Positions 41,833 to 51,476 of a stretch of 64,000 nucleotides of DNA are shown piece after piece (position 1 is the stretch's first letter; each line of letters starts with the position of its first letter). The stretch covers positions 1 to 64,000 of the forward strand of contig CBDIIB010000002.1 of assembly GCA_965279525.1 (NCBI GenBank), in the 5' to 3' direction. This DNA is from Tagaea sp. (GTDB lineage Bacteria; Pseudomonadota; Alphaproteobacteria; CACIAM-22H2). Both the position numbers and the translations under genes were made by a program. Under the pieces are notes generated by a model. That model did no database searches. It saw only the letters and a list, made by a program, of their open reading frames with translations, and was not told the origin of the DNA.

Positions 41833-42894
41833 ATGTCGCGACCTTCAGCACCTGAGCTACACGCAGCACCGCCGCTCGAACGGCGGCGCATCGGCCGGAC
41901 CGACCTTTCCATCTGCACGCTTGGCCTTGGCGGCGCACCGCTCGGGAATTTCGGGCAGGAAGTGTCCGACGCCGAGGCCGAGGCGACCGTCAGTGCCGCC
42001 TATGCCGCCGGCATCCGCTATTTCGACGTCGCACCGCAATACGGGCACGGCCTTGCCGAGCACCGTTTCGGCCATGTCCTGCGCAACCTCACCGATCCCG
42101 ACATCGTGCTGTCGACGAAGGTGGGGCGGCTGCTCCATCCGCGCGCCAGCGGGCGCGGCGACGCGACCATCTTCCGCAACACGCTCGCCTTCGACTATCG
42201 CTACGACTACAGCTATGACGGCGTGATGCGGTCGTTCGAGGACAGCCTGCAGCGCCTCGGTCTTTCGAAGGTCGACATCCTCTATATCCACAACATCGAT
42301 TCCGAGAATCTCGGCGGCCGGAACCAGGAATTCTTCGACCAGGCGGTCGCAAGCGGCCACAAGGCGCTCGCGAGCCTGCGCGACCAGCGGCTCGTGTCGG
42401 CCATCGGGGTGGGCAACAACCATTGGCGCATCTGCCGCAAGTTCGCCGAGGCGATCCCGCTGGACTGCTTCATGGTCGCGACGAAGTCCGCCTATTCGCT
42501 GCTGGTGACCGACCTGCTCGACGATTTCCTGCCCTTCTGCGCCGGGCGCGGGATTTCCATTGTCGTCGGCGGTGCGCTCAACTCGGGCATCCTCGCGACC
42601 GGTGCCGTGGAAGGCGCCCAGTTCGCCTACGAGGCGGCGTCGGACGACATGCTTGCCAAAGTCCGCGCGATGGAGCGCGTGTGCCGCGCGCACGGCGTGC
42701 CGCTGCTGAGTGCGGCCCTGCGCTTCCCGCTGGGCCACCCGTCGGTCGCGAGCGTGGTGCAGGGTGCCCGCTCGCCCGGGCAGGTCATCGCGAATGTCGA
42801 GGCGTTCCGCCGCCCCATTCCGGACGCGCTCTGGTCCGACCTCAAGGCGGAAGGGCTGCTGCGCCCGGACGCGCCTGTTCCGACGGGAACCTGA
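41833..42894 (+). CDS. Aldo/keto reductase (D-threo-aldose/L-fucose dehydrogenase-like)
   Basis: LGLGGAPLGN, YFDVAPQYG.G.AE, LSTKVGR, DYSYDGVMRSFEDSLQRLG, NSGILATG. Confidence 0.92.
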   Translation: MSRPSAPELHAAPPLERRRIGRTDLSICTLGLGGAPLGNFGQEVSDAEAEATVSAAYAAGIRYFDVAPQYGHGLAEHRFGHVLRNLTDPDIVLSTKVGRLLHPRASGRGDATIFRNTLAFDYRYDYSYDGVMRSFEDSLQRLGLSKVDILYIHNIDSENLGGRNQEFFDQAVASGHKALASLRDQRLVSAIGVGNNHWRICRKFAEAIPLDCFMVATKSAYSLLVTDLLDDFLPFCAGRGISIVVGGALNSGILATGAVEGAQFAYEAASDDMLAKVRAMERVCRAHGVPLLSAALRFPLGHPSVASVVQGARSPGQVIANVEAFRRPIPDALWSDLKAEGLLRPDAPVPTGT

Positions 42895-42921
42895 AACGCC
42901 CACGAAGGGAATCCGGAACCG

Positions 42922-43721
42922 ATGACGTCGATCTTCTCCATGCGAGGGCGAACCTGCCTCATCACCGGGGCGAGCGTGTCGATCGGGCGCGCCATTGCAC
43001 TGGGCTTCGCCGACCACGGGGCTCCGTCGCGGTGCATCACTCGGCCGCCGCCGACGCGGCCTTCGGCCTGCCGGATGCGGCCGCCGCAACCGTCGCCGAG
43101 ATCCGCGCCAAGGGGGTTGCCGCCCACGCGGTCGAGGCCGATCTTGCCGCCGCCGACGGGCCCAAGCGCGCGTTCGAAGGCGCGGTCGCCGCACTCGGCT
43201 CGGTCGACGTACTCGTCGTGTGCGCCTCGGTCCAGAAGCGCGTCGAATTCGCCGACATCACGCCAGAGCAGATCGCGCGCGAAACGCGGATCAACTTCGC
43301 CGCGACGATCGAGCTGATGCAGCTCGCCATTCCGCCGATGCGCCAGCGCAAATGGGGGCGCGTGCTGACCATCGGCAGCGTCAACCAGTCGCGCCCCGAA
43401 CCGCAGCTGGCCACATATGCCGCCCTCAAGGCCGCACAATGGAACCTCGCGATGAATCTTGCCGCCCAATGCGCGCCCGACAACGTGATGGTCAACAACC
43501 TGTCGCCGGGCATCGTCGCGACCGAGCGCAACCGCTGGCGCCGGGCCGACGCCGCCGAATGGGCGGCGATCGAGAAGAAGGCCGCCCCCGCACTTGGCCG
43601 TGCCGCCCGGCCCGACGAGATGGTCGGGGCAGCGGTCCTGCTGTGCTCGGACGCCGGCAGCTACATCGCGGGCATCGACCTGCAGGTCACGGCGGGCGCC
43701 CATCTGGCCGTGTTCAGCTGA
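42922..43721 (+). pseudogene. Short-chain dehydrogenase, frameshifted near 43020, probably by sequencing error
   Basis: CLITGASVSIGRAIA lies in one frame and SVAVHH...YAALK..NNLSPG in another. One base is missing at GGGGCTCC. Confidence 0.8.
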
Positions 43722-43725
43722 TCGC

Positions 43726-44418
43726 TCAGCGCCAGATCGCCATCGGGATTCCGTACCGGTCCGTCGCCGGCTTCGCCGGCAGGCACACGCCCTTGCCCGC
43801 GACGATGCGCAACGCGGCTAGGCACACGACCGCCGCGTCGATCACGTCGTCGGGTGCGACGAGCTTGCGCGGCAGCAGGTCGAGCCAGTCGGCGATGTCG
43901 CCCATGCCGTTGGCTGCCAGCAACGCCAGACGGCGCTTGCGGCCCTCGGGCGTCTTCTTCTTTTCCAGCACCGGGGCACCGGCGAGCCTTGCGAAGCCAA
44001 GCTCGGGATGCGCTTCGACGATCCGGCACGCCGGACGTTTGCGTAACACCGCGTCCAGTTCGCGCATCTTGGGGAACAGGTTGAAAGCCTGCTTGGAGAG
44101 GCCGATGCCGTTGCCGTTGTGCGCACACGCGTCGCGATAGTCGCGGGCCGCCAGCGCCTTGCGCGACGGGGCGGAGAACACGCTCGATGTCTTGCCGGGC
44201 AGGGCGGCGCGTGCGGCACGCTCGCAGTCGCGCCCGCCCTTGATCGCCGTATCGGGAAAGCCCATCGGCATGTCGACGGCGATCAGGTCGAACTCGCCGG
44301 CCTTGAGGAGGTCGCGGAACTTCTCGACGAAGCGCAGCTCGCGCGGGCGCCCGTCGGTCTCGGCGACGACCGCGACCCAGCCGCCGCGCGCCCCATCCAC
44401 GCCGGCGACGCGGCTCAC
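43726..44418 (-). CDS. DUF429 family protein (RNase H-like fold)
   Basis: VAGVDGARGGW, VDMPMG, SSVFSAP, EAHPELGF, DDVIDA. Confidence 0.88.
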   Translation of the reverse strand: MSRVAGVDGARGGWVAVVAETDGRPRELRFVEKFRDLLKAGEFDLIAVDMPMGFPDTAIKGGRDCERAARAALPGKTSSVFSAPSRKALAARDYRDACAHNGNGIGLSKQAFNLFPKMRELDAVLRKRPACRIVEAHPELGFARLAGAPVLEKKKTPEGRKRRLALLAANGMGDIADWLDLLPRKLVAPDDVIDAAVVCLAALRIVAGKGVCLPAKPATDRYGIPMAIWR

Positions 44419-47400
44419 TCCGCCGCCTGTGCCGCCGGTGCGGGATTGCGGAAATTGGCGCGCAGGATCTCGCCATGCGCCTTTGCCTTCGCGAGGTGCG
44501 CTTCCTTCACGTGGCCGTAGCCGCGGATTTCCTCCGGCAGGCTTGCGAGGCCCACGGCGGCGCCGTGGTTGGCGGGCGTGAGGCCGGCGAGGATCTCGGC
44601 GATGGTCGCTTCGTATTCCGCGATCAGCGCGCGCTCGACTTTACGTTCTTCGGTGCGGCCGAAGATGTCGAGCTTCGTCCCGCGCAGGAATTTGAGCTTC
44701 GCCAGCACGCCGAAGGCCGTCAGCATCCACGGGCCGAACGTGCGCTTCTTGAGATGCCCGGTCGCCTCGTCGCGCTCGGCGACCAGCGGCGGCGCGAGGT
44801 TGAATTCGATGCGGTAGTCGCCCTCGAACTGGCGGGCGAGGGCGGCGCGGAACTTCCCGTCCGAATAGAGCCGCGCCACCTCATACTCGTCCTTGTAGGC
44901 GAGCAGCTTGGCGTAATAGCGCGCGACGGCAAGGGCGAGGCCCGTGCGCCCCGGCGTGGCGGCCTTCTCGGCGGCTTCCACCTGGCGGACGAGCGCTTCG
45001 TATCGAGCCGCGAGGGCGGCGTCCTGGTAGCCGGTCAGATGCTCGATCCGTGCGGCAACGATGCCGTCGAGCGTGACGGCGATCTTGCGCTCGGCGGGCA
45101 TCGTCGGGGCGGCGGCTTCTTTCACGCGCGCGGCATCCACCGCCGCGAGCCGTCCCCACTGGAAGGCGCGCTTGTTGGCGTCGATCGCCACCTCGTTGAG
45201 CTCGATGGCGCGCAACAGGGCATCGAGCCCGACCGGGATCAGCCCCTTCTGCCAGGCAAAGCCCAGCATGAACGGATTGGTCGCGATCGAATCGCCCATC
45301 AGGGCGGTGGCGAGCTTCGTGGCGTCGACCATGTCCATCGCACCCTGGCCAAGGGCGTGCGCGATGACGTCCGTCATCTCCTGCGTGGGAAACTTGAGAT
45401 CGGGATCGCGCGTGAAATCGCCGGTCGGGGATTCGTTCGTGTTGATGATGGCGCGCGTCAGGCCGATGCGCGTCTTGTCGAGCGTCTCGGCCCCCGCCGC
45501 CACGACGATGTCGCAGCCCAGCAGCAGGTTGGCTTCGCCCGCCGCGATGCGCACGGCATGCAGCTCGTCCGCCGACTTCGCCACGCGGATGTGGCTGACG
45601 ACGGCACCGCCCTTCTGCGCAAGCCCCGCCATGTCGAGAATCGACACGCCCTTGCCTTCGAGATGGGCCGCCATGCCGATGAGCGCACCCACGGTGACGA
45701 CACCCGTACCGCCCACGCCGGTCACGACGATGTTGTAGGGATGATCGAGGCCGGGCAGGACCGGGGCCGGAAGTACTGCGAACGGATCGACCGCGTTGGC
45801 GTCGCGCTTCTCGCGCGGCTTGCGCACGCGCCCGCCGAGCACGTTGACGAACGAAGGGCAGAAGCCCTTGGTGCACGAATAGTCCTTGTTGCAGCTCGAC
45901 TGGTCGATGGCGCGCTTGCGGCCGAACTCGGTCTCCACGGGGATGACGGAGAGGCAGTTCGATTTGACGCTGCAGTCGCCGCAGCCTTCGCACACGGCTT
46001 CGTTGATGAAGATGCGCTTGGCGGGATCGGGATAGGTGCCGCGCTTGCGCCGGCGGCGCTTCTCGGCTGCACAGGTCTGGTCGTGGATCAGGATCGTGAC
46101 ACCCTGTTCTTCGCGCAGCTCGCGCTGCACGGCATCCAGATCGTCGCGGTGGCGGATCGTGGTGCCGGGTGCGAACTTCGCACTGCCGTACTTGTCCGGC
46201 TCGTCGCTGGTCACGACGATGCGGCTCACGCCTTCGGCCTGCAGCATCTGGGTGATGCGCGGCACCGTCAGCGGGCCGTCATGCGGCTGGCCGCCGGTCA
46301 TCGCGACGGCGTCGTTGAACAAGAGCTTGTAGGTGATGTTGACCTTGGCCGCGATCGCCGCGCGGATCGCGAGCGAGCCGGAGTGATAGAACGTGCCGTC
46401 GCCGAGATTCTGGAACACGTGCCTGGTGTCGGTGAACGGCGCCTGGCCGATCCACGGCGTGCCTTCGGCGCCCATATGCGTGAAGGTCGTCGTGTCGCGG
46501 TCCATCCAGATCGACATGAAGTGGCAGCCGATGCCGGCCATCGCCCGGCTGCCTTCGGGCACCTTGGTCGAACTGTTGTGCGGGCAGCCCGAGCAGAAAT
46601 AGGGCGCGCGCTTGAAGGAATGGCCCTCGGGGTTGCGCTCCTTGGCGTCGATCAGCGCCACGCGTTCGCGGATGCGCTCGGACGTGAAGAAGGGTTCCAG
46701 CCGCTTGGCGATCACGCGCGCGATCATCGCGGGCGTGAGTTCCCCCGACGAGGGCAGGATCCACTGGCCCTTCTCGTCGAACTTGCCGACCACGCGCGGG
46801 CGCACGTCGGCCCGCCAGTTGTAGAGCTGCTCCTTGAACTGGTTCTCGATGAGGGCGCGCTTCTCCTCGACGACGAGCACTTCTTCCAGCCCCTCGGCGA
46901 AGTGGCGTGCCCCTTCGCGCTCCAGCGGCCACGGCATGGCGACCTTGTAGACGCGAAGGCCGATCTTGGCCGCGAGCGCTTCGTCGATGCCGAGATCCTC
47001 GAGCGCCTGGCGCACGTCGAGATAGCTCTTGCCGGTCGTGACGATGCCTATCCGCGGGTTCGGGCTGTCGACGACGATCCTGTCGAGCTTGTTGGCGCGC
47101 GCGAAGGCGAGGGCCGCGTAGACCTTGTATTTCTGCAGGCGGAATTCCTGGTCGGTCCAGTGGTCGGGCCAGCGGATATGCACGCCGCCTTGCGGCATCT
47201 CGAAATCGGTCGGTGTCACGAAGCCCAGGCGATGCGGATCGACCGACACCGAGGCCGTGCTGTCCACCGTCTCGCCCGTGCATTTGAACGCGACCCAGCA
47301 GCCCGAATAGCGGCTCATCGCCCAGCCATAGAGACCCAGATCGAGGAACTCCTGCACGCCCGACGGGTTGAGCACCGGGATCATCGCCGAGATGAATTCG

Positions 47401-47897
47401 TGCTCGGACTGGTGGGCGAGGGTCGAGGATTTGGCCGCGTGGTCGTCGCCCGCGAGCACCAGCACGCCGCCGTTGGGCGACGTACCGGCCGCGTTGGCGT
47501 GCTTGAACACGTCGCCGCAGCGGTCGACGCCGGGGCCCTTGCCGTACCACATCGAGAAGACGCCGTCGTACCGGGCACCCTCGTACATGTTGACCTGCTG
47601 CGTGCCCCAGCAGGCGGCCGCCGCGAGATCCTCGTTGAGGCCGGGCGTGAAATGGATGTGGTGGTCTTTAAGGTGGCGCTTGGCCTTCCACATGGCCTGG
47701 TCGAGCCCGCCCAGCGGCGAGCCGCGATATCCCGTCACGAAGCCCGCGGTGTTGAGGCCGGCCGCAAGGTCGCGCTGGCGCTGCATCAGCGTCAGGCGCA
47801 GCAGGGCCTGCGTGCCGGTCAGGAACACGCGGCCGCTGTTGGCCGTGTACTTGTCGTCGAGGGAAACGTCGAGCAGGGCCGTGGCGCTGGCTGTCAT
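44415..47897 (-). CDS. Fused indolepyruvate ferredoxin oxidoreductase family protein
   Basis: GYRGSPLG, WYGKGPGVDR, FCSGCPHN, NLGDGT, CEGCGDC, GVGGTGVVT, GLAQKGG, YKDEYEVARL, IRGYGHVK. Confidence 0.95.
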   Translation of the reverse strand: MTASATALLDVSLDDKYTANSGRVFLTGTQALLRLTLMQRQRDLAAGLNTAGFVTGYRGSPLGGLDQAMWKAKRHLKDHHIHFTPGLNEDLAAAACWGTQQVNMYEGARYDGVFSMWYGKGPGVDRCGDVFKHANAAGTSPNGGVLVLAGDDHAAKSSTLAHQSEHEFISAMIPVLNPSGVQEFLDLGLYGWAMSRYSGCWVAFKCTGETVDSTASVSVDPHRLGFVTPTDFEMPQGGVHIRWPDHWTDQEFRLQKYKVYAALAFARANKLDRIVVDSPNPRIGIVTTGKSYLDVRQALEDLGIDEALAAKIGLRVYKVAMPWPLEREGARHFAEGLEEVLVVEEKRALIENQFKEQLYNWRADVRPRVVGKFDEKGQWILPSSGELTPAMIARVIAKRLEPFFTSERIRERVALIDAKERNPEGHSFKRAPYFCSGCPHNSSTKVPEGSRAMAGIGCHFMSIWMDRDTTTFTHMGAEGTPWIGQAPFTDTRHVFQNLGDGTFYHSGSLAIRAAIAAKVNITYKLLFNDAVAMTGGQPHDGPLTVPRITQMLQAEGVSRIVVTSDEPDKYGSAKFAPGTTIRHRDDLDAVQRELREEQGVTILIHDQTCAAEKRRRRKRGTYPDPAKRIFINEAVCEGCGDCSVKSNCLSVIPVETEFGRKRAIDQSSCNKDYSCTKGFCPSFVNVLGGRVRKPREKRDANAVDPFAVLPAPVLPGLDHPYNIVVTGVGGTGVVTVGALIGMAAHLEGKGVSILDMAGLAQKGGAVVSHIRVAKSADELHAVRIAAGEANLLLGCDIVVAAGAETLDKTRIGLTRAIINTNESPTGDFTRDPDLKFPTQEMTDVIAHALGQGAMDMVDATKLATALMGDSIATNPFMLGFAWQKGLIPVGLDALLRAIELNEVAIDANKRAFQWGRLAAVDAARVKEAAAPTMPAERKIAVTLDGIVAARIEHLTGYQDAALAARYEALVRQVEAAEKAATPGRTGLALAVARYYAKLLAYKDEYEVARLYSDGKFRAALARQFEGDYRIEFNLAPPLVAERDEATGHLKKRTFGPWMLTAFGVLAKLKFLRGTKLDIFGRTEERKVERALIAEYEATIAEILAGLTPANHGAAVGLASLPEEIRGYGHVKEAHLAKAKAHGEILRANFRNPAPAAQAAE

Positions 47898-48083
47898 GGC
47901 TGTCTTTTCCGTCCCGTCGCGCGGAGCGTCGTGGCTCCTTCGTTGACTGGACGGTAGTGCAAAGACGGGGGCCGGACAATCGGCGTCCGGTCCGGCACGA
48001 AGAAAGCAACGACGTTCCGGGCCCGTGCGGCGACCCGTGCCGGAAGTTGCGCGGGTTCAGTCGCCCCACGCAACTCCGTTACG

Positions 48084-50270
48084 TCAGGCCGCTTTCGCCG
48101 CCCGCGCGCGCACCAGGCTCACCAGCACGTTGTCGACCAGCGTGCGGCCGATCTCGCCCTTGCCGGCCCAGCCCATCGACAGGATCGATTCGGGGTGGAA
48201 CTGCACGGCCGCGATCGGCAGGCGCTTGTGGCGCACCGCCATCACGAGCCCGGCCGGCGTGCGCGCGAGGATGTCGAGTTCGCCGTGCGGGAACGTGTCC
48301 GCCTTGGCGTGCAGCGAATGATAGGCGCCGACGGCGCAAGGGGATGGCAGGCCGTCGAACAGGCCCGTCCCGTCATGCTCGATGTCCCAGCGCTTGCCGT
48401 GGCGCGGCTCGGGCAGCACGTCGAGCGTGCCGCCGAACGCCTCGACCGTGCCCTGCAGCCCGAGGCACACGCCGAACTGCGCCACGTCGTGCTTGGCAAG
48501 CTCGGTCACGAGGGCGGGCACGCCGAACTGCGACGGCGTGCCGGGGCCGGGCGAATGCACGACGAGGTCGGGCTTCATCGCCAGGATGGCGGCGGCCCCC
48601 AGCCCGTGGCGGTAGGTGGCGACATTCGCCCCCGTCTGGCGGAAATAGTCGGCAAGCGTGTGGACGAAGCTGTCCTCGTTGTCGACCAGCACCACTTTGA
48701 GGCCGGCACCGATCGCGTTGTCGGCATTGGTCGCCGCCGGTGCTGACGGCGGGGCGAGCACGCGGAACAGCGCGTTGGCCTTGAGGTGCGTCTCCTCGTT
48801 CTCCTCCATGCCGACCGAATCCCAGATCAGCGTGGCGCCCACGCGGTAGCGCACGTGCTGGCGCTTCTTCGCATCGTCCTCGAGATGCACGGTGCGGATC
48901 GTGATGCCGGTGTTGACGTCGCCGTTGAGCAGGAGTGCGCCCACCGCGCCGCCATACCAGCCGCGCGGGGCGGTCTCGGTCTTCTCGATGATCTCGACCG
49001 CCCATTTCTTCGGCGCACCGGTGAGCGTGACGGCCCACATGTGGCTGATGAACGCGTCGAGGCCGGTCACGTCGTCGCGCAGCTTGCCCTCCACATGGTC
49101 GACCGTGTGGAACAGGCCGGCATAGGTCTCGATCTGGCGCCGTCCCAGCAGCTTGACGCTGCCCGGCACGCAGATGCGCGACTTGTCGTTCCGGTCGACG
49201 TCGGTGCACATCGTCAGTTCCACCTCGTCCTTCTCGGAATCGATCAATGCTTTCAGCCGCTCGGCGTCTTCCATCGCATTGCGCCCGCGCCGTGCCGTGC
49301 CCGAGATCGGGCAGGATTCGACGCGGGAGCCTTCCACGCGTACGAACATCTCCGGGCTCGTCCCCACCAGCCGGTCGGGGCCGAGTTGCAGGAAGAACTC
49401 GAACGGCGACGGGTTGACCTTCTTGAGTTTGGCGAACAGCTGCGAGGGGGCGCCCTGGTAGGCCGCATCGAAGCGGCGCGACAGCACGACCTCGAAGATG
49501 TCGCCCACCCGCATGCGCTCGCGCGCCCCGTCCACCAACGCGGCGTACTGCTCGGCCGAAAGATCCGACGTGATCTCGGGCTTGGCCGTCGGCTCCACGT
49601 ACTTGCGCCGTGCCACCGGCTCGAACACTTTGCGTGCGGCACCTTCGGTGGTCAGGCTCCCCCGCACGAACTCGTAATCATAGCGGAAGGCGGTCTCCTT
49701 GCGCCGGTCGAGGATGTACATCCGGTCGGGCAGGAACAGGTGCAGGTCGCGCGCCGTTTCCTTGCGGGCATGGGTAAGGGCGATCGGCTCGAACTGGAAC
49801 AAGAGGTCGTAGCCGAACGCGCCATAGAGCCCGAGGAACGGATCGGCGAGGCCCTTGAACTCCTCCACGATGCGCCTGAGCGGCGAGAATAGCGAGGGTT
49901 GCTGGCTGCGCTGCTCTTCGGCGAACGGTCCCTTCGCGGGCGGGATGGCGAGCGTGCGCTCGCGTGGGGATTTCGCCACGATCTCGAATTCCGCCAGCAC
50001 GGGATCGAGCACGTCGAGCAGCCGTTCGCCGCGTTCGTTGATCGCGCGGAAGGTCAGCGTGCGGTCGCGCCCGACGATTTCCAGCGGCGGATCGACGAAG
50101 CCGAACTCCCAGCGCGAATAGCGCCCCGGATAGTCCACGCCCGACGAGAACAGCCCGCCGCGCGCGCGGTCGAGCCGTTCGGCGAAGCCGTCGAGGGCGG
50201 TGGCGTAGTCGAGCGGCCGCTTCGTGCGGACGAGGGTCAGGCCGGACTTGGACGCGAATTCATGGCGCAT
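48084..50270 (-). CDS. trpE: Anthranilate synthase, fused TrpE(G)
   Basis: YPGRYSRW, SPEMFVRV, PISGT, ELTMCTDVDRNDK, TGAPK, then GATase DNEDSFVHTLA, SPGPG, GVCLG, QFHPES. Confidence 0.96.
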   Translation of the reverse strand: MRHEFASKSGLTLVRTKRPLDYATALDGFAERLDRARGGLFSSGVDYPGRYSRWEFGFVDPPLEIVGRDRTLTFRAINERGERLLDVLDPVLAEFEIVAKSPRERTLAIPPAKGPFAEEQRSQQPSLFSPLRRIVEEFKGLADPFLGLYGAFGYDLLFQFEPIALTHARKETARDLHLFLPDRMYILDRRKETAFRYDYEFVRGSLTTEGAARKVFEPVARRKYVEPTAKPEITSDLSAEQYAALVDGARERMRVGDIFEVVLSRRFDAAYQGAPSQLFAKLKKVNPSPFEFFLQLGPDRLVGTSPEMFVRVEGSRVESCPISGTARRGRNAMEDAERLKALIDSEKDEVELTMCTDVDRNDKSRICVPGSVKLLGRRQIETYAGLFHTVDHVEGKLRDDVTGLDAFISHMWAVTLTGAPKKWAVEIIEKTETAPRGWYGGAVGALLLNGDVNTGITIRTVHLEDDAKKRQHVRYRVGATLIWDSVGMEENEETHLKANALFRVLAPPSAPAATNADNAIGAGLKVVLVDNEDSFVHTLADYFRQTGANVATYRHGLGAAAILAMKPDLVVHSPGPGTPSQFGVPALVTELAKHDVAQFGVCLGLQGTVEAFGGTLDVLPEPRHGKRWDIEHDGTGLFDGLPSPCAVGAYHSLHAKADTFPHGELDILARTPAGLVMAVRHKRLPIAAVQFHPESILSMGWAGKGEIGRTLVDNVLVSLVRARAAKAA

Positions 50271-50362
50271 GGCGGTCTCGCGGAGGCGGGCCCCGCGCGG
50301 CTGGCGCGCAAGGCTCTAGGGACGTATGGGGAATCTGAAAGGGGAAAGAAGTTGGCTGGCGC

Positions 50363-50413
50363 TTAGCGCCACCAAGCCTGCCAAACGGAATTGCGGGCGG
50401 GGGTTCTTTCCAT
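50363..50413 (-). CDS. trpL: Trp leader peptide MERTPARNSVWQAWWR
   Basis: 16-aa ORF with three Trp codons near its end, 92 nt upstream of trpE(G). A hairpin overlaps the Trp codons and the stop. Confidence 0.85.
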   Translation of the reverse strand: MERTPARNSVWQAWWR

Positions 50414-50498
50414 GGCCGTCACGCTAGCGGAGGGCGGAAGCCTGCGCAACCACGAAAGCGCGTGATTTTGGCGCCCGGGGCGGGTAAAAGCGCGCGTC

Positions 50499-51476
50499 AT
50501 GACGGTTCTGGTCACCGGTGCAGCCGGATTCATCGGATTTTCGGTCGCCCGCGCGCTGCTTGCCCGCGGCGAGCGCGTCGTGGGCTTCGACAATTTCGAT
50601 CCGTACTACGACGTACGCCTGAAAGAGGCGCGCGGCGCGGAACTGTCGAAGCATCGCGGCTTCAGGATGGTGCGCGACGACATCGCCAATGACGGCGCTT
50701 TCGCCGCCGCCATCTCCGACCCCGACATCGACCGCGTCGTGCATCTCGCCGCCCAGGCGGGCGTGCGCTATTCGATCACGAACCCGGACGTCTATATCCG
50801 CACCAACATCGTGGGCCATTTCAACGTCGTCGAGGCGTGCCGCCGGCGCGGCGGGATCAAGCATCTCGTCTATGCCTCGTCCTCGTCGGTCTATGGCGGC
50901 AACGAGAAGCTGCCCTTCGCGGTCGACGACAAGATCGACCGGCCGGTCTCGCTCTATGCCGCGACCAAGGCCGCCAACGAGCTGGTCGCGCACTGCTACA
51001 GCCATCTCTACGACCTGCCGGCGACGGGCTTGCGCTTCTTCACGGTCTACGGGCCGTGGGGCCGGCCGGACATGGCCTTGTGGATCTTCACCAAGGCGAT
51101 CCTCGCGGGCCAGCCGATCCAGGTCTTCAACAACGGCAAGATGCGCCGCGACTTCACGTATATCGACGACATCGTCGCCGGCGTGATCGCCGCCCTCGAC
51201 CGCCCGCCGGCCGCCGGCGCGAAGGTTTCGGCGCACCGCGTCTACAATCTGGGCAACCATAAATCCGAGCCGCTGCTGCGCTATGTCGAGCTGATCGAGC
51301 GGGCGACCAACCACAAGGCGATTCTCGACATGCAGCCCTTGCAGGCCGGCGACGTGCCCGAGAGCTTCGCCGACATCGAAGCCTCGACCAGGGACCTCGG
51401 CTTCGTGCCGCGCACCTCGATCGACGACGGCGTGCCGAAATTCGTCGAGTGGTTCCGCGCCTATAACGGGGTCTAG
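50499..51476 (+). CDS. NAD-dependent epimerase (UDP-glucuronate 4-epimerase type)
   Basis: VTGAAGFIG, HLAAQAGVRYS, YASSSSVYG, SLYAATK, RFFTVYGPWGRPDMA. Confidence 0.94.
   Translation: MTVLVTGAAGFIGFSVARALLARGERVVGFDNFDPYYDVRLKEARGAELSKHRGFRMVRDDIANDGAFAAAISDPDIDRVVHLAAQAGVRYSITNPDVYIRTNIVGHFNVVEACRRRGGIKHLVYASSSSVYGGNEKLPFAVDDKIDRPVSLYAATKAANELVAHCYSHLYDLPATGLRFFTVYGPWGRPDMALWIFTKAILAGQPIQVFNNGKMRRDFTYIDDIVAGVIAALDRPPAAGAKVSAHRVYNLGNHKSEPLLRYVELIERATNHKAILDMQPLQAGDVPESFADIEASTRDLGFVPRTSIDDGVPKFVEWFRAYNGV

Noticed and set aside
44475-47957. 1160-aa plus-strand ORF mirroring the oxidoreductase, and similar long antisense ORFs (15033-17522, 17584-21114, 24674-27745)
   Set aside because: In-register antisense shadows caused by high-GC codon bias, with no recognisable motifs.
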